DNA from: an uncultured Chloroflexia bacterium
GTDB taxonomy: Bacteria > Chloroflexota > Anaerolineae > CG2-30-64-16
Length of the DNA: 64,000 bases
NCBI GenBank assembly: GCA_963774265.1
Contig: CAVZDU010000001.1
Coordinates: 960,001 to 1,024,000 of the forward strand
Direction: 5' to 3'
In this document: piece after piece, positions 50,489 through 60,125 of the stretch
How positions within the stretch are numbered: position 1 is the stretch's first letter
Layout of the letters: every line of letters starts with the position of its first letter
Notes under the pieces: generated by a model
The model's input: only the letters and a program-made list of their open reading frames with translations
What the model was told of the DNA's origin: nothing
Databases searched by the model: none
Made by a program: the position numbers and the translations under genes

Positions 50489-51002
50489 CTACGCCAGGTG
50501 TCTTGAGAATGCCGGCAGCCTTCTCGTTAATCCCGCAGCCAGCCGGTAGGGGCGGCTGCCGCCGTGACCGCGGCGGAGATGCCCGAGCGCGACCGCAGCG
50601 CCGCGGCCCAGCCCAACACGCGCAGGCCGGCCCGACTCATGTCGATGGGTGCGCCCGCACGCTCGATCGCGGTCACCCGGCCGTAGACCTGCGCTGCAGG
50701 GAGCACGCCATCGGGCAGGGAGACCTGGTCCCCCTGCACCGTGAAGCGGATCCCATCCCGGCCGATCATCCTGCGGATGACCCGGTGGACCAGCGGGCGG
50801 CCGTGCTCGCGGTCACGAGCACGAGGTCGCCCAGCCGGATCGAGCCCGGATCGGCCGGGTGCACCGTCAGGACATCGCCATCGCGCACCAGCGGCGCCAT
50901 GCTGGCGCCGTGTGCCTCGAACGCGCACGGCTGCGCCGGCCTTCAGGACCTCGGCGCTGAGCCGTGCAAAAGGCGAGGTCGACGGGACGAAATGCTGTCC
51001 AC
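50489..51002 (-). CDS. S24/S26 family peptidase (frameshifted)
   Basis: Corrected reading F.AHGASMAPLVRDGD...GDLVL...LVHRV...QGD...DG...GRV. Confidence 0.8.
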
Positions 51003-51048
51003 CGTCACTGCGGGTCCATCCTGTGCGCCCGCCAAGCGAGCGCCCTTC

Positions 51049-53145
51049 TTACTCGGTCGACCCCTGGGCTCCGCGGCCTGAAGCTTTCCGGTCAGGCTTG
51101 CCTCAACCGGTCCCGACAGGGATACCCCACCGTTGATGTCCACGCTCTCCAGCCAGTAGTAGTAGGCCGGCCTCTTATCCCTTCCCACGATGGTATCTGT
51201 GTAGGTGTAGGCCGCGCCACCCAGGACTGCCAATAGCCTGCGCCGGGATCAGCTCGATGTTGATCAAGGTCTCGCTCGCCGTCGGGCGCTGTGGCGCGGT
51301 ACAGGTTGAAGCCCAGGTTGTCGACCTCGCTGGCCGTCTCCCAGGACAGTACTGTGGCCCCGGCTCGCCTGTCTGCATCGGCCGTGAACGAGAGCAGGTC
51401 GACCGCCGTTGGCTGCAGGTGTCCTTGCCGTGTTGTTGGCCGTGTTCGGGTCGGTCGTCGTCGTGGTCACGGTGACGGTGTTGCTGTATCTGCCCCGGAC
51501 CCAACGTCACGTTGATGCGTACGTCCACTTGGCTGTGGCGTAACAGTGACGGGGGCAATGGCGTCAGGAGCTGGCAGCTGAGCATCTGGGTAGCGCTTGC
51601 TGTAGGTGCAGCTGCCCCTGGTTGTCGTGCCGCTGCTGGGACCAGTTGCGAGGTGTAGCTGGTGTAGTGACACGTGGCGGGCAAGGTGTCACGAACGTGA
51701 GCTGTGCCGGAACCCGGTCCCCGTTGACGGTGACGATCCGGTAGTAAGGGGTCCGCGTGACAAAGCCGCGGCACGTCTTGCTCGCCCGTATGTCAGCCGT
51801 CGGCGCAGTGATCTCTGCCCACAGGCAGGCCACGTTGTCCGTGTCTTCCTGGGTGATGAATTCCGTGGCGATCGCGCCAGTATAAGCACTTGAGCAGTCC
51901 GGATCAGCAGTCGTCTGTGGCTGGAAGCCCAGGATGTTGATGGTGTAGTCCCATCGGGGCAGGTGAAGGTCGCCGTGGCGCTGCCCTGGTTGACCGTGAC
52001 CTTGTCGGGGCAGGACGCTGGTGCCCGGATAGACACATGTCCCCGCCTCGTTGGGGTTTCATCCAGAATGAAATTCGGGGTGAAGCTAAGGCTAGCTGGA
52101 GTCGGGGTCGACCCGTCGTTGCAGGTGAGGGGCACGGTTATCGTCAGGTCCACGTTGGTGAAGGCGTTCGCGCTGCCCCCGCCGTCAGCAGTCGCGTAGA
52201 TCTGGTTGTTGTAGTGGGTGAACTTGCCCAGGTAGAAGGGGGTATTCGACGCCGGGGTAACCGGGCCGTCGTTGCCGTCGAAGCCAAAGCCGCTCTGTTC
52301 CGCGAAGTTGGTGAGGTCGCAGCTCAGGCTTTGCCAATTAGACGGGTAGTACGCATCTCGTCCATAGCGCACCTGGTTCTCGTCGTTGGTCGGGCCGGTC
52401 TGCACCCGCTTCGTCTCCCGCCGCTCATGGCGGTGGGCGTATTCCCGTTCCCCGTCGCCCAGCGATTGCACCGGGCGCCCGCCGTCTCGTTCTCGTGGTT
52501 CGGTGCGATGCCACGGTACCGCCGGCCGTGGCTGCTGTCGGCCAAGATTTGATTCTCCGTGAGCCGTTGCACCGCACCTGTAGTGTTGACACAGGACGCA
52601 TACATACGCCGTTGTTGGCCAGGGACGACGGTGGTCAGAGCGACTTCCGTGTAGTTGCTCCAGACCACCGCTCGAACAGAATCGCCATGCGCTGTAGTCG
52701 GACAGGGCCACTGCCGCCCGGTTTTGTTGTAGATCTCGAATGACAGAGGGGTTATTAGTGGACTGTTCGTGACCTGGTCATAGACGGTACTCCGAGATGA
52801 TCAGGCCGGTCGTCGAGGTAGCAGCGTGCCGTGTAGGAGCCCAGACCGGTCCAGACAGGCGAACCAGTAGTCCTGTCCATCGGTGAAGGTGGTGGACCCA
52901 TCGGCATCGCCCCGGCATGCTGCCGCGAAGCGGACCATTGTACGATCGCACGCGGCGGGTAGAGCGCGGCGCTGCGTGACCTGGCGGTGGCCCGCCGATC
53001 ACGCCGAGAGTGCTCGGGCCGGCGGCGACGCTGAAACCGCCCCAACCCCGTCCACATTGCCCATGGTAAACGCGACCACGACGCCGGCCAGCACCAGCAG
53101 CACGACGACCGCCACCACTGTCGACAAATATTTGCGCTTCTTCAT
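51049..53145 (-). CDS. Secreted protein with THxN/choice-of-anchor-K-like domain, DUF11-like domain and PTAV...GFNLYR...YYWLE C-terminal domain (many frameshifts; 3' end approximate)
   Basis: MKKRKYLST signal peptide, QSGFGFDG, FYLGKFTHYNNQI, DETP, DPNTANN, PTAVDLLSFTA, WETASEVDNLGFNLYR, YYYWLESVD. Confidence 0.75.
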
Positions 53146-53397
53146 CGGTTCTTCCTCCCTTTGCTAACCGTAACGGCGGCGTGCGATCGCCGCGGCCATG
53201 ATTCCACGTGTTGCGATCATCGTCTCGGAGCGGATCGATTCATAGGCAGCCCTCCCTGGTGGGACACCATCCTCATCCGGACGCGGGGCGCTTCGACGGT
53301 GGTGGACACGCAGCCCGCGCGCCGGCCGATAGGCCAAGGGTATCATAACGCATGCGGGTTGCAACGAACATTACCACATGAGCCCCAGCTTTGCAAA
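53120..53397 (-). promoter_or_regulatory. Duplicated promoter/5' leader, copy 1
   Basis: Long identical blocks shared with 55095-55352. TTGCAA-N17-TAATGT with extended -10 TG. Confidence 0.8.
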
Positions 53398-53648
53398 TGG
53401 AAAGTTGCGGTCACGGGCTTTCACGCGGCGCCCGGAACATCTTCCCGCCAGCCGTCAGGGGGAAGGCAGCATATACATTATGGGGAGAGAAGATCAACGC
53501 AAGTATCAAAAGATGGAGAGGCGCTTAACAGTTTTTTCATAATTGGCCCCGGCTGGCAGCTCCCCAGGGGCTGGCCCCCTCTTCTGCCTGGCAGAGGAAG
53601 GAGCCAGCCCCTCGAAGGGGGCCGTCGCGGCGCGCTACTTTACTTCCG

Positions 53649-55120
53649 TCATGCTTGGGGGCTCCTTGAGATCGAGTCCCCGGGCGGCCCTTGCCTCGAT
53701 GGGACCGTACAGGTCACTCAGACCATTGATGTTGACGGCCTCCAGCCAGTAGTAGAAGGTCCAGTTTCGGGGGAAGCTGGTGTCCTGGTATTCATAGGTC
53801 GGCGCCCGGAGGAACTGCCGGGTAGACTTGCTAAGGATCAGATCCGGTCGTTGATCCTGGTCCGCTCACCGTCGACTTTCTTGGCGCGATACAGGTTGAA
53901 GCCCAGGTTGCTGATCTCGCTGGTCGTCTCCCAGGCCAGCACGATGGCTTTCCGCTCGGCCGTCGCCGTGAATGACCCCAACTCGACCGCCGTCGGTACG
54001 GCAGTCGAACAGGAGTTGTTCCCTGAGATCGGGTCGACCTCGAATCCTGCTACGCTCGCCATGTTCGCCAGGTTGTCCGGCGTGGCCGCTGCGTTGTACC
54101 GCGGATCGTCCGAGCCGACTGCAGGTGTGCCTTTCCAGATCACCACATTCAGGGTGATGGCTGAGGCCGTAGCCGGGCAGGCCAGGTTGGCGCCGATGTT
54201 GCACGTCACGATATCCCCGTATCCCTGGCAGCCGCCAATGTCGTCGGAGCACTTTTCTGTGGGGTCCCGGCGCGGACGTGCAGCCGGTGGCCAGCGTCCC
54301 ATTGACCTTGAGCCAGACGGGCAGGTCGTCCGTGATTTTGTACCCGGAGGACTGGAAGCAGGGGGTTGTGTACTGCACATTGGACACGGCGATCTGGTAG
54401 TTGAACTCGCCGCTCGCCGGGATTGTGGTCACGGAGGACGACTTCGTGCACGTCAGGTCTACCTGGTTGAGAGTGACCTCAAACGGGACCGACTGACACT
54501 TACATTTGGATCCAACATCCGGGCAGCCATTATTTCCTGGGCAGTTATTGCCTACATTATTGTCGTACGCCGAGCAGGTGTTAATTACGCCGGTCGTATT
54601 GGTCGCAGTGCACTGGATCGTGACCGGACCAACTTCCTTCGTGACCGGGGAAGCTGAACTCATGTCACCACACATGTCTCCGTTCTTTTCGTTATCCCAG
54701 TAGGGTGGAAAAGGTGGAGTGTTGGTCGGTTGCAGGGTGCCGTCCAGATAGGTCGAGTAGCAAGCCCCGGTGCGGAGCATCGCCGCCGTCGGTCGCGATC
54801 CAGGCTGTGGGGTCGTAACGGGTTGTTGCAGTAGACTGGAACTCAGCCAGGAATATGTACGTTCCTGTGTCGCCTACAAACATGCAGGGTTCAATTACCT
54901 TGAGGGTGCTAACGGATGAAACCGCCGTGTCCCCTGCCGAGCATGGGGTCGTCTTTGAACATGTATCCGCAAAGCATGAGCCCTGCCCCCAGTCTATCTG
55001 CTGAGGAAATTGCGACTCCGCCGCTGCCGGCTGCCCTCCATTGACAAGGCCGGCGACCAGGGCCAGCGCCAACAACAGGACGGCGGCTGTCGCTGTCGAC
55101 AAATATCTGCGCTTTTTCAT
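53649..55120 (-). CDS. Secreted Cys-rich protein with DUF11-like and PTAV...GFNLYR...YYWLE C-terminal domains (frameshifts)
   Basis: MKKRRYLST signal peptide, ITDDLP, DPISGNN, PTAVELGSFTA, WETTSEISNLGFNLYR, FYYWLEAVNING...YGP. Confidence 0.8.
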
Positions 55121-55352
55121 TTGTTCTTCCTCCCTAAGTTAACCGCAACGGCGGCGTGCGATCGCCGCGGCCATGATTCCATATGTTGCGATCATCGTCT
55201 CGGAGTCGATCGATCCATAGGCGCTTCCCCTTCCACGACATCATGCCGAATCCGGACGCGGAGCGCTTCGACGGTGGTGGACACGCAGCAGCACGCCTGC
55301 CGGTAAGCCAAAAGTGTCATAGTGCTTGTAGATTGAAGCCAATATTACCACA
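55095..55352 (-). promoter_or_regulatory. Duplicated promoter/5' leader, copy 2
   Basis: Shares GGCGGCGTGCGATCGCCGCGGCCATGATTCCA, TGTTGCGATCATCGTCTCGGAG and GCGCTTCGACGGTGGTGGACACGCAGC with copy 1. Confidence 0.8.
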
Positions 55353-55631
55353 CAATCGTTTGCTACGCGAACATAGAGATGCAATCATAGAATCAAGCGA
55401 TATTGTGATCGCACGATCGTGCGATCGCCGCCCTCGGAACGCCATCCCTCCCCGGCCGCCAGGAGGGCGCCAGCCTGCAGCATGCGCGCGCACGGCATAC
55501 ACCTAGCGTAGCCATTATGGAGGAGGAAGATTAACAGTGCTATGAAGGAATCGTCCGCGACGTGACACATTTTTCATCTTCGGTGTTCCGCAAACGGCCT
55601 GTCCGCGATCGTCCGCTGCACCGCCGCGCGC

Positions 55632-55660
55632 TTGCCGCCCACACGGCCGGCAGCTATAAT
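55632..55660 (+). promoter_or_regulatory. Sigma70-type promoter, probably for a leaderless mRNA
   Basis: TTGCCG-N17-TATAAT, 7 nt before GTG 55668. No RBS. Confidence 0.6.
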
Positions 55661-55667
55661 GCTTCCC

Positions 55668-56840
55668 GTGACTGAACCGCTGGAGACGCCCGAAGCCGCC
55701 TACCGCCTGCTCGCCGCGACCTGGGACCCCGCCCGGCGCCCCGCCTCGGATGCGATCCCGTGGGCCGAGGTGCTGAGCCTGGTTGAAGGCAGCAACGTTG
55801 CGCCCGCGGTCTACGCGGCCGCGCGGGATATGGCAATGCCCGCCGGGGTGCACGACGCGCTGGAGCAGGCCTTCTACCGCTCTGCCGCGGCGAACACGCG
55901 CTGCCTGCACCAGCTGGCCGGGGTGGCGGACGCGCTGGCTCGCACCGGCGCGCCGCTCCTGCTGCTCAAGGGCGCGGCCCTGGCCGAGACGCTGTACGGC
56001 GATCCCGGCCTGCGCACGATCGGCGACATCGACCTCCTGATCCCCCGCGAGGCCGTAGGGCCGTGCCGGGACGCGCTGCTCGGCCTCGGGTACCGGCCTA
56101 CGCAGCTCGAGGAGCAGCCAGGCAGCCTGCTTGCCACGAGCAACCAGGAGGCCTTCGAGCCGCCGCCGCCCCACCGGACCCTGGTCGAGCTGCACTGGCA
56201 CATCCTGGACGTCCCCTACTACCTGCACCACATCCCGGTGGCGTGGTTCTGGGAGAACTCCGAGGCGGCCGAGATCGCGGGCCGGACCTTCCGCGTGCTC
56301 ACCCCCGAGGCCAATCTCATCTACCTGCCCGCCCACCTGGCGTTCCACCACCGGTTCCAGCGGCTGCACTCGCTGTTCGACCTGGCCCTGCTGATCGCAA
56401 GGAACCGGGAGAGGATCGACTGGGCCAGGGTCGCCGCGGCCGCACACTCCTTCGAGCTCCTCACCGCGCTGGCGGAGACCCTCGACCGGTTGGCCCGGTG
56501 CTGGCCCACGCTGCCGCTCGACGAAGCCCGCCGGCAGGTCGCCGCGGGCGCGCCGTTGGCCATGGACGCCCGGATCTACCGGCACCTCATCGCGGCGCCG
56601 CGCAGCACCCCCCTGCGCTTTTACACGACCCTCGTCACTCTGCCCGATCTCGCGGCCCGCGTGCGGTATGCCCGGCTCGTCGTCTTCCCCCAGCCCGGCT
56701 ACATGCGGAGCCGGTACCGCGTGGGGGCGGATTGGCAGCTGCCGTACTGGTATCTCCACCGCCTGGCGAGCGGGCTGGCCCGGTTCGCGGCCGCGCTGCC
56801 GCCGCGCGACGGATCGACCGGATTGAAGATTGAAGATTGA
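55668..56840 (+). CDS. Nucleotidyltransferase family protein (NTP_transf_5)
   Basis: LLKGAALAETLY..PGLR..GDIDLLI, VELHWHI, LIYL..HL..HH, DLALL...IDW. Confidence 0.88.
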   Translation: MTEPLETPEAAYRLLAATWDPARRPASDAIPWAEVLSLVEGSNVAPAVYAAARDMAMPAGVHDALEQAFYRSAAANTRCLHQLAGVADALARTGAPLLLLKGAALAETLYGDPGLRTIGDIDLLIPREAVGPCRDALLGLGYRPTQLEEQPGSLLATSNQEAFEPPPPHRTLVELHWHILDVPYYLHHIPVAWFWENSEAAEIAGRTFRVLTPEANLIYLPAHLAFHHRFQRLHSLFDLALLIARNRERIDWARVAAAAHSFELLTALAETLDRLARCWPTLPLDEARRQVAAGAPLAMDARIYRHLIAAPRSTPLRFYTTLVTLPDLAARVRYARLVVFPQPGYMRSRYRVGADWQLPYWYLHRLASGLARFAAALPPRDGSTGLKIED

Positions 56841-56844
56841 AGAT
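56824..56844 (+). repeat. TGAAGAT x3 heptamer array
   Basis: Overlaps the nucleotidyltransferase end (LKIED*) and supplies its TGA. Confidence 0.85.
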
Positions 56845-56855
56845 AGGAGTCCTGC

Positions 56856-59385
56856 ATGACCTCACCTGTTGAGCTGACTGCTGCGCAGCTGCGCCGGCGG
56901 TTTGATCCCGCCCGCTTTGACTTTGCCTCGACCGCGGACGCGCCGGACCTGGAAGGCATTATCGGCCAGGACCGCGCGGCGGCCGCGATCGAGTTCGGGC
57001 TGGAGATCCCCTACCCCGGGTTCAATGTCTTCGCCACCGGGCCCACCGGCGCAGGCAAGACGAGCATCATCACCCGCTACCTGGAGGATAAGGCCGCGGC
57101 TAGGCCGGTGCCCCCCGACTGGGGTTACGCGCACAACTTCGCTGAGCCGGACCGGCCGATCGCGCTCCGCCTGCCGCCCGGCGGCGGCAACCTGCTGCGG
57201 GATCAGGTCAACACGCTCCTGACGCAGGTCGCGGAGACGCTGGACAAGGTCTTCGTCAGCGATCAGTACGTGCAGAACCGCAACACGCTGGGCCGCCAAT
57301 TGGACCAGGTGCGCGCGGAGCGGTTCCGGGCATTGGATGTGACGGTGAAGGAGCGCGGCTTCACCCTCACGCGCGGCGAGGCCGGGTTCATGTTGACCCC
57401 GGTCAAGGACGGCCAGGCGCTGACGCCCGAACAGTATGAGGCGCTGCCCGAGGCCGAGCGCGATGCCATCAACGAGCAGGGCCAGGGCGTGCAGGAGCTG
57501 CTGGAGCGGACGGTCCACCAGGTGCAAGAGCTGGAAGAAGGCGCGCGCGAGCGGTTGGCAACCATGGACCGCGAGGTCGCGGGTGCGGCGATCCAGCCGT
57601 TGTTCGAGCGGCTGTTAGAAGAGTACGCGGACTGGGAGACGGTGACGGCCTACCTCCTGGGGGTTCACAGCCATATCGCCGCGAACAATACGGATTTTCG
57701 CGGCCAGGCGCAGCCGGCGCCGGCTGAGGCAAGCGATGAAACCCCGCCCTGGCTGCGCACGCGGCCGGGCTCGCCCCTCGATCGCTACCGGCTGAACGTG
57801 ATCGTCGACAACAGCGGCCTGCACGGCGCGCCGGTGATCGTGGAGACCAACCCGACCTACGCCAACCTGGTCGGCCGGGTGGAGATGCGCGCACAGTTCG
57901 GCACCCTGGTGACCGACTACCGTTACATCAAGCCGGGCGCGCTGCACCGCGCCAACGGCGGCTATCTGCTGCTGGATGCGCGCACGCTGCTGCGCCAGCC
58001 CATGGCCTGGGAGGCGCTCAAGCAGGCGCTGCGCAACCGCCGCATCCGCATGGAGGACATGCTGCAACCGGTCAGCGTGCTGGCCACCACCACCCTCACC
58101 CCGGAGCCGATTCCGCTGGACGTCAAGGTCGTGCTGATCGGCGACCTGCAGACCTACTATGCCCTCTACGCGCTGGACGAGCAGTTCGAGAAGCTGTTCA
58201 AGGTGCGCGCCGACTTCGCCGTCGAGATGGCCTGGACGACCGAAAACGAGCAGAAGATCGTCCAGTTCATCCGCAACCGCTGCGACGAGTAGGGCCTGCC
58301 CCACTTCGACATGAGCGCGGTGGCCAAGGTCGTCGAGTACAGCGCGCGGCTGGTGGAGGACCAGGACAAGCTCAGCACACGCTTTGCGCTGATCACCGAC
58401 CTCATCCAGGAGGCGGCTTTCTGGTCCAGCCGGGCGGGCCATGCGTTGGTCACCGGCGAGGATGTGCGCAAGGCCATGGACGCGCAGAAGAACCGCTCCA
58501 ACCAGTACGAGGAGCGGATGCGCGAGATGATCACGGACGGCACGATCATGGTGGACACGACGGGCGCGGTGGTGGGCCAGGTCAACGGCCTGGCCGTGCT
58601 CGAGCTGGGCGACTACACGTTCGGCCGGCCCAACCGGATCACCGCGGTCACCTACCAGGGCCGCGCCGGGGTGATCAACATCGAGCGCGAGGCGCGGATG
58701 AGCGGCCGCACCCACGACAAGGGCATGTTGATCCTCGCCGGTTTCCTCGGCGGCCGCTACGCGCAGGACAAGCCGCTCAGCCTGTCGGCCAGCATCGCCT
58801 TCGAGCAATCCTACGACGGGATCGACGGCGACAGCGCCTCCTCGACCGAGCTGTACGCGCTCCTGTCCAGCCTGGCCGAGCTGCCGATCAAGCAGGGGAT
58901 TGCGGTCACCGGCTCGGTGAATCAGCGCGGCGAGATCCAGGCGATCGGCGGGGTGATCTATAAGATCGAGGGCTTCTTCGATGTGTGCAAGCCGCGGCCG
59001 CGGGCCTGACCGGCGAGCAGGGCGTGATCATGCCCGCGTCGAACGTGGCCAACCTGATGCTGCGCGACGATGTGGTGGACGCGGTGGCCCAGGGCAAGTT
59101 CCACATCTGGCCGGTGCGACCGTGGACGAGGGGATCGCGCTGCTGACCGGCGTGCCGGCGGGCGAGCGCGATGCGGACGGCCGCTATCCCCCCGACAGCG
59201 TCAACGGCCGCGTGGACCACAAGCTGTTCGACCTGGCGGATCGCCTGAGCAAGTTCGGCCAGCGCGACAAAGACAACGGCCGCAACAAGGAGCACAAGGA
59301 CGAAGAGGGCGAGCCTGGGGAGGAGCCGGACGAGCCGCCGGCGCCCCCTGAGCCGGGTCTGCCGGGGGAAGCGCAATCCGTGTAG
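56856..59385 (+). CDS. Lon-like (S16, AAA_32/LonC-type) ATP-dependent protease; in-frame TAG at 58290 and 3' frameshifts
   Basis: [77 protein letters not shown]. Confidence 0.88.
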
Positions 59386-59410
59386 AGACGTTGCATGCAA
59401 CGTCTCTACA
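59381..59410. repeat. REP family A (TTG allele) upstream of the RAYT; supplies the Lon TAG stop
   Basis: TGTAGAGACGTTGCATGCAACGTCTCTACA. Confidence 0.95.
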
Positions 59411-59440
59411 ACATCATCCCATGAGAAGCGCTGCACATCG

Positions 59441-59998
59441 ATGACGCAGTTCCGGAGTCAGCACCGCATCGAAACCACACGGCTGCCCGGTTGGGACTAC
59501 CGGAATGGCGGCTGGTACTTCATCACGATTTGCACCAAGGACGGGTGGACCTTTTTCGGTGATGTCGTGGATGATTTTGTGCGATTATCTGCCCTGGGTG
59601 GGGCAGCACAGCAATTCTGGCTGGAGATCCCGGAGCACATTCCCACAGTGGCGATCGACGTTTTCGTCGTCATGCCAAATCATATCCACGGAATCTTGGC
59701 GATTGAGCCGCGTTCCGCACCCGTTGTAGAGACGTTGCATGCAACGTCTCTACAAGCTCAGGCAATGTCCGCCATGGCGCCAAAGGCTGGCTCATTGGGG
59801 GCAATAGTCCGATCCTATAAGTCGGCCGTGACAAACTGGGCGAAGCAGAACGGGTTCGTCGATTTTGCCTGGCAACCACGCTACTGGGATCACGTTATCC
59901 GCGACGAACGCTCTTTGCACGCTATCCGGCAGTACATCAGTGATAACCCACTACGATGGGCGTTGGATCGCGAGAATCCGACCGGCCCGAAGATGTAG
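59441..59998 (+). mobile_element. REP-associated tyrosine transposase (RAYT / Y1 HUH transposase)
   Basis: RLPGWDY...YFITICT, VVMPNHIHGIL (HUH), SLGAIVRSYKSAVT, WQPRYWDHVIR...RQYISDNP..W. Flanked by GTAG palindromes. Confidence 0.92.
59725..59754. repeat. REP family A (TTG allele) in frame inside the RAYT gene
   Basis: Translated as [10 protein letters not shown]. Confidence 0.95.
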
Positions 59999-60113
59999 AG
60001 ACGCAACCAGTTGCAGAGACGTAGCCTTTTGTAGAGACGTAGCCTTTTGCAGAGACGTAGCCTTTTGCAGAGACGTAGCCTTTTGTAGAGACGTAGCATG
60101 CTACGTCTCTACA
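59995..60113. repeat. Five tandem 18-bp half-REP units followed by a full REP (TAG allele)
   Basis: GTAGAGACGCAACCAGTT, then G(C/T)AGAGACGTAGCCTTTT x4, then GTAGAGACGTAGCATGCTACGTCTCTAC. The first unit supplies the RAYT stop. Confidence 0.95.
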
Positions 60114-60125
60114 AAAACATAACAT

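Noticed and set aside
47983-51002. Lasso peptide cluster
   Set aside because: The leader motif, RRE and kinase fit, but no asparagine-synthetase-like cyclase or transglutaminase-like B2 protein is in the window.
59441-59998. IS200/IS605 element with TnpB
   Set aside because: No tnpB. The motifs and flanking GTAG palindromes indicate a RAYT rather than an IS200 TnpA.
59995-60113. CRISPR array
   Set aside because: The 18-bp units are directly tandem with no unique spacers, derive from the REP arm, and no cas genes are present.
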